Origin: Betaproteobacteria bacterium | GTDB taxonomy: Bacteria; Pseudomonadota; Gammaproteobacteria; Burkholderiales; Burkholderiaceae_E | DNA length: 32,475 bases | Assembly (NCBI GenBank): GCA_009922405.1 | Contig: RFVZ01000001.1 | Span: forward strand, 1 to 32,475 | Direction of reading: 5' to 3' | Shown here: one piece after another, positions 8,579 through 17,708 of the stretch | Layout of the letters: the number at the start of each line of letters is the position of its first letter | Numbering within the stretch: the stretch's first letter is position 1 | Program-made: the position numbers and the translations under genes | Notes under the pieces: model-generated | What the model was told of the DNA's origin: nothing | What the model saw: only the letters and a program-made list of their open reading frames with translations | Database searches by the model: none

Positions 8579-9748
8579 TCAGCCCGCTGCGGGTGATGGA
8601 TTCCAGTTGCGCGCGGCGCGACACAGGGCAATGAAGTCCGGTTCAAGCTTCGACCAAAGCGCCTTAATGCCCTCTTGGTAGGCCAGCTTTGAGGCGACTT
8701 CGAGTTCAGCGGGGTTGGCGAGGCGCTCTCGAATCAGACGGGCGAAGTCTGCCGCGTCGAACTCACAGAACCAGCCTGCCCCGCCTTCTGAGAGCAGATC
8801 TCGATGGCAAGCGTTGTTGGAAACAATGACGGGAAGGCCGTTGACCATGTATTCGTGAATTTTTGTCGGCGGATTGAAGGTATTCCAAGGGCGTTCAGCC
8901 ACCAAGCTCAAACCGATATGGGCTTTGGCAAGCAATGCAGGGATCTCTTGGCCGGGAAGCCGACCGAGGAGAGTGACCCGGTCTTCGATCCCAAGCCTCT
9001 GGACCTGAAATCTGCACTCTTCGAGTTGGGGGCCGGTTGCACCAATAAGGGTGAGATGCACCGGAAGGGATTGGCGTTTAAGGAGCGCGATTGCACTAAA
9101 CATGACGTCTCGACCACGCTCGGCGTTGATCGAGCCCGCAATGACCAGGCGAAGCGATTCCCCGGGTTGATACTGCCGAGGGACGGGTGTCGGGTGCAGC
9201 GCATGATTTTCAGAAACCCCTAACGGCACCGTCACTGCACGCAGTGGATGGACGCCATGCGCAAGCAGGTCCTCGCGGAGTCGGGCACCAATCGGGAGTA
9301 CGACCGAAGCGCGTGCGGCTGCCAAGTATGAGAGTCGGGTCAATGTCATATTGAACCAGCGCACTAAACGTGTCGGGGCATGACTGTCGAACAACTGGGA
9401 TGGATGGACATTCCAGTAAAGAACCGTTGGGAATGAGGCGGGCAAGCCCAATCGGACGGGCGCCATTTGACTCCCGAGAAGGAGTACGAGATCGGGGTTA
9501 CGTTTCGCGATCCAGGGGATGAGCCGTAGGCACCACCACCACATTTGCAGTCGAGATCCACCGGGGGAGGACAACACTTCCACCGAGACCGAAAGGTCTT
9601 CAAGTTCGCGCTGGAATCGAATGTCCCGAACGACAACGATGACCCGCCATCGAGACGCCAATGAACCAATTCGCTGGCGAAAGTCCTGGTAACCGGTCTG
9701 GTCATCGTAGAACCAGACCGGAACAATCGCGAGTGGCCTTTCATTCAT
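8579..9748 (-). CDS. Glycosyltransferase family 4
   Basis: 'LVIAGS', 'RVTLLGRL' and 'PPTKIHEYMVNGLPVIVSN' (EX7E-like), with GT-B organisation. ATG 9748 is preceded by AGAGGTG (Shine-Dalgarno, SD); the track start GTG 9754 is less likely. Confidence 0.8.
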   Translation of the reverse strand: MNERPLAIVPVWFYDDQTGYQDFRQRIGSLASRWRVIVVVRDIRFQRELEDLSVSVEVLSSPGGSRLQMWWWCLRLIPWIAKRNPDLVLLLGSQMAPVRLGLPASFPTVLYWNVHPSQLFDSHAPTRLVRWFNMTLTRLSYLAAARASVVLPIGARLREDLLAHGVHPLRAVTVPLGVSENHALHPTPVPRQYQPGESLRLVIAGSINAERGRDVMFSAIALLKRQSLPVHLTLIGATGPQLEECRFQVQRLGIEDRVTLLGRLPGQEIPALLAKAHIGLSLVAERPWNTFNPPTKIHEYMVNGLPVIVSNNACHRDLLSEGGAGWFCEFDAADFARLIRERLANPAELEVASKLAYQEGIKALWSKLEPDFIALCRAARNWNPSPAAG

Positions 9749-9760
9749 CAGCACCTCTAT

Positions 9761-11251
9761 TTAACGAGCAGTATTCACGAGGCGAACGACAGTCGAGATC
9801 TCACTGAGTTTGGCGAACCGAAACAACCCAGCCGAACCTCCAAAAACGATCAAGGCCAAGAGCAGACTCGAGAAGCCCCCGCTCCAAGCTGTTTGAAACC
9901 AAAGGACAGCCCAGAACGTCACACCGAGGGATAGCAGGGCCACCGCAAGTGAGCGAATGCCAAGAGGACACGTGAGCAAACATCGTGCGGGCTCGCCACC
10001 CTCCAACCTGAGAAGCATTGAGGCGAGGATGATCACCCGGACGCCCGCAACCGCCGCCACGCCTATTGCCCCAGCGAGGGCGCCCGATGCGATGACAATT
10101 GGCACCGCGAGGAGCGAGGAAAGCATGCTGGCGCGGTTCAACAAAATCGCGTCACCGGCCGCGTTATAGGCGCTCCAGAGCGCGGATTCAATGCTGGCGA
10201 ACATCAACTGCCCGATCAGGAGCGCAGCGATCGGGAGATGTTGTCCAAATCGATCCTTCGTCAAGAGATGTTCGAGTTCTGGCCCTGCCGCAATCAAGAC
10301 AACCAGAGCGACACACAGGACGAACAAATTGACTCGAGCCATGACAGTGAGCGCCCCGAGAACCGCGGAGTCCGCGCGAACGTGGTTTAGTCGGCGCGCA
10401 GAGAGGCTGGTTTCGATATTGGGTAACACGAGTTGTAGTGGCAAGAACGCTTTTGCCCGATCGGCCAGTTGTTGAAAAAAGGCAAATGCGGCCAGGCTTG
10501 CGGTGTCAGCGAAAACCCCAACGATCAGTCGAAGTGCGGGTCCCTGAGTTGGCATCGAGGTCAGGTAGGCCCCCCAAGCGGATAGGCAGCACTTCAGGAT
10601 CGTTCGACGGTCTTTGAAGGCCCAAGGTTGAAGTACCTGATGGTTTTGGGCTGTCTGACGAGCCAGTAACTGCAGCATGGCAAACACCACCAGTAAGGCC
10701 TGCAGTGACTCTGTCCAAAGGGTGACACGGATGACGTAATCGAGCGTCAACCCGTCCTCGTTGAGCCATACTTGACCACCGAATGCGCCGCTTCTGACCA
10801 ACAAAATTAACAATCCGATGATGGCGACTGTTCGGTGCAAAGCAAACGCCGAAGCGGTGACGGTCAGCCCTTCGGTCGTTGCGACAATGGCAACCAAGGT
10901 CACGAATAACGGCGTCGACACAGCCTTGATGGGTACCGCAACGAAAGTCACACCGAGGGCGATCCACGTGACCCCCATTGCCAGGATGATGGAAGCAACC
11001 AAGCGCATCAGAATCAACTCGGCTCCGAGTTGAAGAGCGGGCCTGACGTGGCCAGCAGCGTGCAGCGGCGGGATAAAACGGAAAGCCCCGCGGTCGTATC
11101 CGAGTGATCCGGCGACAACCACCAACATCACCATCGACAATAGCAATGCATAGTCCGCGTAGACCATGAGCGCCATATTCCGGGCCAGAACGATCGGAAC
11201 GAAAAGGCCCAGGAGACCGGTCAGTACCCGAATTGCCGCAAACCCAAGCAT
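9761..11251 (-). CDS. Wzx-like polysaccharide flippase (MOP superfamily)
   Basis: 496 aa, almost entirely hydrophobic, with about 12-14 TM helices by eye. The N-terminus ...VPIVLARNMALMVYADYALLLS resembles 'polysaccharide biosynthesis protein' flippases. It sits between the polymerase-like gene and a GT gene, 6 nt after the upstream stop. Confidence 0.65.
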   Translation of the reverse strand: MLGFAAIRVLTGLLGLFVPIVLARNMALMVYADYALLLSMVMLVVVAGSLGYDRGAFRFIPPLHAAGHVRPALQLGAELILMRLVASIILAMGVTWIALGVTFVAVPIKAVSTPLFVTLVAIVATTEGLTVTASAFALHRTVAIIGLLILLVRSGAFGGQVWLNEDGLTLDYVIRVTLWTESLQALLVVFAMLQLLARQTAQNHQVLQPWAFKDRRTILKCCLSAWGAYLTSMPTQGPALRLIVGVFADTASLAAFAFFQQLADRAKAFLPLQLVLPNIETSLSARRLNHVRADSAVLGALTVMARVNLFVLCVALVVLIAAGPELEHLLTKDRFGQHLPIAALLIGQLMFASIESALWSAYNAAGDAILLNRASMLSSLLAVPIVIASGALAGAIGVAAVAGVRVIILASMLLRLEGGEPARCLLTCPLGIRSLAVALLSLGVTFWAVLWFQTAWSGGFSSLLLALIVFGGSAGLFRFAKLSEISTVVRLVNTAR

Positions 11252-11257
11252 CGCGAA

Positions 11258-12817
11258 CTAGAGGGGGGGGCGATGGGTTCGTAGCCACCCCACATAGCCG
11301 ATTGAGAGTGCCAGCAGCAGCTGTGTACAGGGTTCATCGACCAGGGCCCGGTCGTAGAAGAGCATCGTGACAAAAACAGCCAAGAGACTCGCGACCATCC
11401 GCGTTGAGGCCCGATGGGTTGCTGACAAGCTTCGGTCCCCGATCAGGCGCATGGAATAGGCCAGCGTCACCAGGATCAATCCGCCAAACAAAAGGGCACC
11501 AATGACTCCAGCATCCCAAAGCAACATCGATAGGGTCGTCGCCGCAATGGCGAGCGGTGCAAAGCGCTGTGCAACAACGCCGACCGCAACCACGCTCTTG
11601 GCGCGCGAGGCTGCGGGACCAAATCCGATCAGGCGGTTTGGCCAGTCGGTGTACTGATCGTCAATCCAGAGCGCAATGGAAGCCCCTCGACTAATTTCAC
11701 CAGTTTGATAATTGATTTCGGATGGATTAAAGAAGTATCTGGATGCCCGTTCAATGCGAACCTCAATGGGCACATGTTCAGCGCCCCGATTGGTCCAGTG
11801 AACGGCTTCGTAAACCATCGCAGTCCCAACGACGAATGCGGCCAAGGCACCGATCACCCCAATCAACATTCCGGGTCGGCGGATCAGATGGTCGTGAAAA
11901 CCCACGCAGACCGCGATCGGCACCCAGAAAAATGCTGCTTTAACCTCGCCAGCCAAGGTCAGCGCGATCGAAAAAGCAATGGTCAGGATGGCGACCGACC
12001 AGCCCCCCAACTTGAACTGCGCGCGTGAAACCGCTAGGACGGATGCGGCGATTCCGTAAAGCACCAGAAAACTGCTATTGCCGCCACCATCGCCGCCGAA
12101 TGTGCCGACGACCGCATCAAACGCGGTTTCATCACCGCGGGACTGACGCTCAGGAACGAGCACAAGCACCTGATAAAGAACTGCGGGCAGTTGCAGCGCG
12201 AGGCCCCAAGGAATCCAGCGCCAGAGCCGATCGAGTTGGTCGACGCTCCAACGATGAAACAGCAGCGCAAAAGTGACCGCCCAAAATGGAAGGTAGGTCT
12301 TCAGACCAACGGCAACCTGGACCCATGGCGAGCGGTTGATCACTGCAGAAATCAGCATGATCGACACGTAAATCATCAACAAAATCGGAATGGCACCGGA
12401 ATTCCCCGCACGCTCTTCCGAATCAGGTGGGGACTTGGCGATCCTCAGGCGTTCCAAGAGTGAACGCACAAAAACTAGAACGGCCAAGCCATAAGGTATC
12501 CAGGCGACGACTGGCGACAATAGAACGCTCGCCATTGGCCCCTGAATAAAAAATGTGAGAACCAAGAGCATCCAGATCAGCCACTCGATTGGTACGAATA
12601 ACGCGCCAAGACCAGCCAACCCGCCGAGCAAGAGGAACAGGATGGGTAACGCTCCGATCGCAATCAGAAGACCTGAGGCGATGGCAAGGCTAAGAAGGGC
12701 CAGAAGCGCCAACGTTGGCAGAGCGGGCACGGTCGGCAGAGTCCGCAGAGTCCGCAGCCTCGGCAGAGTTGACTGCGGCGGCCACGCGCCCGTCGGTCTT
12801 ACGGAGGGTTCAAGCAC
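11258..12817 (-). CDS. Wzy-like polymerase / O-antigen-ligase-like polytopic membrane protein
   Basis: 519 aa with many TM helices plus one large hydrophilic loop (..YEAVHWTNRGAEHVPIEVRIERASRYFFNPSEINYQTGEISRGASIALWIDDQYTDWPNRLIGFGPAASRAK..). It contains AT-richer patches. The assignment rests on architecture and context only. The start is uncertain because the N-terminal 35 codons are a 9-bp repeat tract. Confidence 0.55.
   Translation of the reverse strand: MLEPSVRPTGAWPPQSTLPRLRTLRTLPTVPALPTLALLALLSLAIASGLLIAIGALPILFLLLGGLAGLGALFVPIEWLIWMLLVLTFFIQGPMASVLLSPVVAWIPYGLAVLVFVRSLLERLRIAKSPPDSEERAGNSGAIPILLMIYVSIMLISAVINRSPWVQVAVGLKTYLPFWAVTFALLFHRWSVDQLDRLWRWIPWGLALQLPAVLYQVLVLVPERQSRGDETAFDAVVGTFGGDGGGNSSFLVLYGIAASVLAVSRAQFKLGGWSVAILTIAFSIALTLAGEVKAAFFWVPIAVCVGFHDHLIRRPGMLIGVIGALAAFVVGTAMVYEAVHWTNRGAEHVPIEVRIERASRYFFNPSEINYQTGEISRGASIALWIDDQYTDWPNRLIGFGPAASRAKSVVAVGVVAQRFAPLAIAATTLSMLLWDAGVIGALLFGGLILVTLAYSMRLIGDRSLSATHRASTRMVASLLAVFVTMLFYDRALVDEPCTQLLLALSIGYVGWLRTHRPPL
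11263..11270. repeat. G8/C8 homopolymer at the wzy-like 3' end, 12 nt upstream of the wzx-like ATG
   Basis: Read directly: ...cgaactagaGGGGGGGGcgatggg... It encodes the last Pro-Pro of the polymerase-like ORF. Confidence 0.95.
12717..12770. repeat. Six imperfect 9-bp tandem units (ggcagagcg ggcacggtc ggcagagtc cgcagagtc cgcagcctc ggcagagtt)
   Basis: Read directly. In the minus frame it encodes PRL-RTL-RTL-PTV-PAL-PTL at the putative N-terminus of the Wzy-like ORF, just downstream of the EpsG-like stop (12810). Confidence 0.85.
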
Positions 12818-13742
12818 CCGACAGCACCGAGCCGAAAAGCTTGCCGCCTACGTCCGTGATGGACTTGACCAAGGCTTGCACCGCTCTGGCCCGGCTACTG
12901 CCCCGGCGCGCAACCAGCACATTGCCATCGACTCGGGCCGAGATTGCGAGGAGTTCGGGGGCTTCCGATGCCGCTGGCGTATCCAGAATAATCACCTGAT
13001 GCAATTCGGCGGCATGCCGAAGGAGCTCGCCGAATCGGGGTCCTACGAGAAGGTCGGCGGCATTGGGGGGCTCGCCGCCACACGAAATCAGACTGAGTGA
13101 GCGCATGGGCTCGATCTGAACTTTGGCGCCGGCCGAGGGACGCCCGGAAAGAATGGTTGACAGCCCCACGCTGCCATCCAGTCCAAACATGCGGTGGAGT
13201 CGACCGCGGCGCATGTCCGCATCAATGAGCAGAACCTCAAGACCCGTTTGAGCGAATACCACCGCGAGATTGGCAGCAAGAAAACTGCGTCCCTCGGAGC
13301 GGGCAACGCCAACAAGCGCCACTGTGCGAGGCTCGGATGGACCGAGTGCGCTCCAGCGCAACATCAGTTGGTCCCGCAGTTCGCGCAGGTCGTCTAGTAC
13401 GGGGTGAAAAGACTCGTGCGCTGCGATGACCTCGCGGTCAATGCGGTGCTCTCCAGGAATGACGAGCGGCAGATCAAACTGATAGGCCAGGAGCGTCTTT
13501 AAATCTTCGGGCAGTAAAAGACCGAGCGCAATCGCGGCTTCGCCAAATCGCATGCCGGAAGCCCGAGCATGGCAGACGATTCGATCAATTTCCTCGTCGT
13601 TAAGCAGTCCCGCCTCCTTCAGGATACGGCCGAGGGGTTGATCGCGCGCTAGCCCAGTCTGCGTCACGCGACTTAGCTGGTTTGAAGAGTTCTGAACGCT
13701 CAGGTCCACCGATCCACTCATCCCTGTGCTCCTAGGCGTCAT
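12810..13742 (-). CDS. EpsG-like P-loop partner of the chain-length determinant (BY-kinase-like ATPase domain) with an N-terminal T2SSE_N/MshEN-like domain
   Basis: ATG 13742 forms an ATGA overlap with the EpsF-like stop. The C-terminal domain aligns with BY-kinases: GVARSEGRSFLAANLAVV (Walker A region), LLIDADMRRG (Walker A') and VIILDTP (Walker B). The N-terminal residues 36-88 form two 24-residue MshEN-like units. See the findings for the atypical features. Confidence 0.8.
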   Translation of the reverse strand: MTPRSTGMSGSVDLSVQNSSNQLSRVTQTGLARDQPLGRILKEAGLLNDEEIDRIVCHARASGMRFGEAAIALGLLLPEDLKTLLAYQFDLPLVIPGEHRIDREVIAAHESFHPVLDDLRELRDQLMLRWSALGPSEPRTVALVGVARSEGRSFLAANLAVVFAQTGLEVLLIDADMRRGRLHRMFGLDGSVGLSTILSGRPSAGAKVQIEPMRSLSLISCGGEPPNAADLLVGPRFGELLRHAAELHQVIILDTPAASEAPELLAISARVDGNVLVARRGSSRARAVQALVKSITDVGGKLFGSVLSGA

Positions 13743-15145
13743 CAAGTCAACGAAGAAGGCGAAACCCCAAGATGCAAGGGGCGTCTACCGACAACCCGAA
13801 TGCGCCCGATGACTGGACCAGGCAAGACGTTTTCCAAGTCTTCAAGAGTCCGAATACGTTGATCGGAAAATTCGAGCAGCAGGACGCCCAGGAAACCCAG
13901 AATCAGGCCGAGAAAGGCGCCCACAAGTCCATTCAGGATCAAATTGGGACTGGCGGGCTTTAGGGGTTCGACGGCTGGGTTCAGGGTCACCACATTGCCC
14001 TGGGTCGATCGACTCTCGAGCCCCGCCTGATTGAGCCGCTGCAAGCTCTGGTCGTAAGCCCGTTGAGCATTTTCGAGATCGCGTTCAAGCACTCTGAGTT
14101 CATCGCGACTTTGCTTCATGGCCATCACTCGGCCGCGCTGGGAATCAAGGGCGGTCCGCGCCTCGAGCTCTCTCCGTTCGGCCACCGAATAATTCTTGGA
14201 AATACTGCTGGCGACCGTATCAATTTCCTGCAAGACCCGTGTGCGGGTTGCGTCAAGCTCTTGCTGCAATTTCAGAATCTCGGGATGGTTGCGGCCGTAA
14301 ACCGCAGAGAGCTCACGCTGACGGGCCTCAAGGCGCGCCTGATTGGCCTTGAGTTGCTGGACCAGCGGATTCTGAAGAATTTCGGGTAGATCCGAGGCCA
14401 CCCCGCGACTCAGGGATTCGACCGCAAGTTGCCGACGCTTGGCAGCCTCGCCAGTTTGGGCGGACAAGCCCACCATCTGGGTCGAGAGCTCGAGCAGTCG
14501 GGCACTTTCGACATCAAACCGCTCTTCGGACGAAAAGATGCCCTTGGCGCGCTGGTAATCCGTGACCCGTCGCTGGGTCTGATCCAGCCGCTCGCGCAGC
14601 AACTGCACCTGCTCGGCGAACCAGACTCGAGACTGCTTGGCTGGGGCAATGCGGATTTCAATTTGGGTCTCGACGTAAGCCTGGCCAAAGGCATTGGCGA
14701 TCGAGGCCGCACTCGCAGCGGTGCCGGCCGTGGCGGTAATCGACAAAACAGACGAATCGCGTGTCGGTCGAACATCCAGGCGTCGCAGCAATCCATCTGC
14801 AACCCATTGCCGAATCGCCCCCCGACCCTGAGTCTCCTTTTGCCAAGCAGCGACGGTTTCAGGCGAGTCTGTCAGACCCAATGCATCCACGACCCGCAAC
14901 GCAACTTTCTGACTAGTGAGGATTTCCACCTGGGTTGACAGGTAGGCCTGCATCATCGCAGCCGGCAGGGCGGGCCCAGACACCGGATTGGTTGCACCCA
15001 GATCCAGAAGCACCTGTGTGCTGGCCAGATAGGTGGGTTTGCGCGTCAAACCGAACCCAAGCGCACCGCCCAACACAATAAGGGTGGTGAGCACGATGAC
15101 CCACCATCGGGCCAGAATGATCGAAAACAATTGACGTGGATTCAT
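13742..15145 (-). CDS. EpsF/GumC/Wzz-like polysaccharide co-polymerase (chain-length determinant, PCP)
   Basis: N-terminal TM helix (WWVIVLTTLIVLGGALGFGL), a long coiled-coil-rich periplasmic region and a C-terminal TM helix (LILNGLVGAFLGLILGFLGVLLL). A GGAGAA SD lies 5 nt before ATG 15145. Confidence 0.8.
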   Translation of the reverse strand: MNPRQLFSIILARWWVIVLTTLIVLGGALGFGLTRKPTYLASTQVLLDLGATNPVSGPALPAAMMQAYLSTQVEILTSQKVALRVVDALGLTDSPETVAAWQKETQGRGAIRQWVADGLLRRLDVRPTRDSSVLSITATAGTAASAASIANAFGQAYVETQIEIRIAPAKQSRVWFAEQVQLLRERLDQTQRRVTDYQRAKGIFSSEERFDVESARLLELSTQMVGLSAQTGEAAKRRQLAVESLSRGVASDLPEILQNPLVQQLKANQARLEARQRELSAVYGRNHPEILKLQQELDATRTRVLQEIDTVASSISKNYSVAERRELEARTALDSQRGRVMAMKQSRDELRVLERDLENAQRAYDQSLQRLNQAGLESRSTQGNVVTLNPAVEPLKPASPNLILNGLVGAFLGLILGFLGVLLLEFSDQRIRTLEDLENVLPGPVIGRIRVVGRRPLHLGVSPSSLT

Positions 15146-15185
15146 GAGGTTCTCCGAATCACCGGGTTCACGGCAAGCACGCCAC

Positions 15186-16061
15186 TCAGAACAGACTCTC
15201 GCGAAGGAAAATCAAGTCCGACGCGCGTACCGCCTCGTCGAGCCGGGGTTCGAATACTCGAACTTCCCCGCGATCGTCCCGTCGAAATACCCGCAAGCCC
15301 CGGTCAGTGCCACGCAAGGTCAGCCCTCCCCCTTTTGCGACGGCTTGTGCAAGCGTCATCCCGCGTTCAATGGGATACATACCAGGACGCTGTACCTGCC
15401 CGTAAACGTAATAAACGGGCGCTCGGTGAACGTAAACGGAATCACCGGACCGCAACGGAACGTCCTGTTCGAACTTCCCTGCAACGAAGATTTCATTGAG
15501 GTCGATTTCCATGCGCCTCGGTGCACCGGTCTGCGCGGTCGTGATGACCACGCGGTCGCCCCCGCCCTCTGAGACTCCACCCGCAAGGGCGAGCACCTCA
15601 GAAAGACGCATGGTCTGGGCATCCATCGGGTAGCGCCCTGGGCGGTTGACGTTGCCCAGCACAGAAACTTGTTGACTCCGAAACTGACTCACCTGAATCG
15701 AAACTTGCGGATCGCGCAGAAAGCCCCCCTCTTGCAAGCCACGGGCAATCAAGCGCTCAGCTTGATCGGTGCTCAGACCACCGACCTGTAAGGTGCCCAG
15801 TAGGGGAAAGGTTATTCGACCAGAATCCGCGATCCGGGACTCAATCGACAGGTCCGGGTGCTGAAACACCATGATCTTTAGGACATCGCCCGAGCCCAAG
15901 GGGTAGTCGCCGTTTGAGCGTTGCTCGGCGAGTGGCGGCAGGGCCTCGACGGCCAGGGCTCGGGGCGGCGCAGCATTGGCCATCGGCAGCACGAGCCAAA
16001 GGACAGAGCAGATCGAGATGGAACAGGAGCGAACAAGCGATTGGAGACATGACCGGTACAC
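15186..16061 (-). CDS. EpsE/Wza-like outer-membrane polysaccharide export protein (OPX; Poly_export + SLBB)
   Basis: 'YPLGSGDVLKIMVFQHPDLS', 'GRITFPLLGTLQVGGLSTDQAERLIA' and 'GDSVYVHRAPVYYVYGQVQRPGMYP' are typical OPX blocks. I place the start at GTG 16061, which is preceded by GGAGG (16067-16071, 5-nt spacer). This gives the signal peptide MYRSCLQSLVRSCSISICSVLWLVLPMANA|AP. The track start is 16106. Confidence 0.85.
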   Translation of the reverse strand: MYRSCLQSLVRSCSISICSVLWLVLPMANAAPPRALAVEALPPLAEQRSNGDYPLGSGDVLKIMVFQHPDLSIESRIADSGRITFPLLGTLQVGGLSTDQAERLIARGLQEGGFLRDPQVSIQVSQFRSQQVSVLGNVNRPGRYPMDAQTMRLSEVLALAGGVSEGGGDRVVITTAQTGAPRRMEIDLNEIFVAGKFEQDVPLRSGDSVYVHRAPVYYVYGQVQRPGMYPIERGMTLAQAVAKGGGLTLRGTDRGLRVFRRDDRGEVRVFEPRLDEAVRASDLIFLRESLF

Positions 16062-16140
16062 AGGAACCTCCAGTGGTTCCCACCAGTCTCGTGGGCGAGA
16101 CCGCACAATGCTGTGCGGAAATTAGCCCGTCGGGCCCGAC

Positions 16141-17040
16141 TTAAACAACCTCAGGGCTCGCCGGCCACAATCGGGCTGCCCCGCGCACGCCCGACGAATC
16201 GCCATAACGCGCTGTGACAATGCGCGTCTCAATTCGATCCGAAAAGATCCAGGGCTTCCAGTAAGTCTGCAAGCGGGTGGGCAAATCTCGAATCTTGCTC
16301 AGTCCACCGCCCAACACGATGACATCCGGATCAATCACGTTGACGATCGAGGCCAGCGCCCGCGCGCACCGATCAAGCCAGAGATCAAGAGCTTCGATGG
16401 CGAGCGAATCCCCGGCTTCAGCAGCGGCCTCGAGAGCAATGGCATCGGCGATTGGCGAATACGAAGCGGCAAGAGCCGGTCCACTCAACCAGGTTTCGAG
16501 GCAACCCCGGCGGCCACACCAACATGGGGGGCCATCCCATTCCGCTGAATTTGGCCAGGGTAAGGGGTTGTGACCCCATTCACCGGCGATCCGATTGCGC
16601 CCGGAGATTAATTGTCCATTCACGACGAGGCCGCCCCCAACACCCGTCCCGAGAATGACGGCGAATGCCGCCGCTGCGCCTTGAGCCGCACCATCGGTGG
16701 CTTCGGACAGCGCAAGGCAATTGGCATCGTTTTCAATGCGAACCGGGCGGCCCAGTAACTGCTCAAGATCGGCTTGCAATGGCTGGCCATTGAGGCAGGT
16801 GGAATTGGCATTACGCACCTTGCCCGACTGAACCGACAAGGACCCCGGTATTCCCAGACCCACCGTCGCGCGGCACGCCAGATCGGCTTCCGCCCCTGCG
16901 ATCAAACCGATGATCGCCTGAAGGGTCGCCGCGTAGTCCCCCTGCGGTGTTGCAACCCGACGCCTCAGTCGCTCCTGTTCCGATGCGTCGAGCGCAACCA
17001 CTTCGATCTTGGTTCCACCGAGATCCAGACCCAGTCGCAT
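16141..17040 (-). CDS. mak: ROK-family hexokinase, Mak (manno/fructokinase)-like
   Basis: [17 protein letters not shown].., 'GLGIPGS', 'VRNANSTCLNGQPL', 'ENDANCLALSEA', 'ILGTGVGGG', 'AGEWGHNPLPW', the zinc motif 'CWCGRRGCLETWLSG' and 'HGDSSGVRGAARLWP'. By eye it is closely colinear with E. coli Mak (YajF). The start overlaps the plsY stop (TGATG). Confidence 0.85.
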   Translation of the reverse strand: MRLGLDLGGTKIEVVALDASEQERLRRRVATPQGDYAATLQAIIGLIAGAEADLACRATVGLGIPGSLSVQSGKVRNANSTCLNGQPLQADLEQLLGRPVRIENDANCLALSEATDGAAQGAAAAFAVILGTGVGGGLVVNGQLISGRNRIAGEWGHNPLPWPNSAEWDGPPCWCGRRGCLETWLSGPALAASYSPIADAIALEAAAEAGDSLAIEALDLWLDRCARALASIVNVIDPDVIVLGGGLSKIRDLPTRLQTYWKPWIFSDRIETRIVTARYGDSSGVRGAARLWPASPEVV

Positions 17041-17702
17041 CAGCCCTCGCCTGCGGGAGATGGCCCTGGATCAGAGGCCTTTTTCTCACCAATTCGACCC
17101 TCGGTCCCCGAGATCAGCTTAGCCAAGTTGGCCCGGTGCCTCGCGATCAGCAAAACGCCAATCACAGCAACAATGAGGACAACCGGCTGGCGGCCAAACA
17201 GCAACCAGGCCCAGAACGGTGCGAACACGGCAGAAATGATTGCAGCAAGGGACGAGAGCCGGAAAAAGGCGGCAATCAGCAGCCAGGTCGCGAGTGTCCC
17301 GAGGCCGAGCCAGAGGTTAAGGCCTAGCAAGACGCCAGCGGCTGTTGCAACGCCCTTACCACCCCGGAACTTCAAAAAAACCGGGAACAAATGACCGAGA
17401 AACGCAAACAGCCCAACTAGGGCAACCGATGTTGCGTCGAGCCCCCAATCCAGCCCCCATTGAGGCCCAGCGCGCTGCGCCACGGCGACCGCCACCCAGC
17501 CCTTCGCCGCGTCGCCCAAAAGCGTCGCCAGTGCAGCCGCTTTGTTACCGGAGCGCAGCACATTGGTTGCACCGGGATTGCCGGATCCGTAGGAGCGAGG
17601 ATCGGCGAGACCCATCGTCCGGCTGACCAGCACCGCAAAGGACACTGAGCCAATCAGGTACGCAAGAAGGTACGCAACACCGTTGACCAATCCGATTTCC
17701 AT
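17040..17702 (-). CDS. plsY: Glycerol-3-phosphate acyltransferase PlsY
   Basis: '[14 protein letters not shown]', '[21 protein letters not shown]', 'LLGDAAKG' and '[12 protein letters not shown]' are canonical PlsY motifs. Confidence 0.95.
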   Translation of the reverse strand: MEIGLVNGVAYLLAYLIGSVSFAVLVSRTMGLADPRSYGSGNPGATNVLRSGNKAAALATLLGDAAKGWVAVAVAQRAGPQWGLDWGLDATSVALVGLFAFLGHLFPVFLKFRGGKGVATAAGVLLGLNLWLGLGTLATWLLIAAFFRLSSLAAIISAVFAPFWAWLLFGRQPVVLIVAVIGVLLIARHRANLAKLISGTEGRIGEKKASDPGPSPAGEG

Positions 17703-17708
17703 GGGCGA

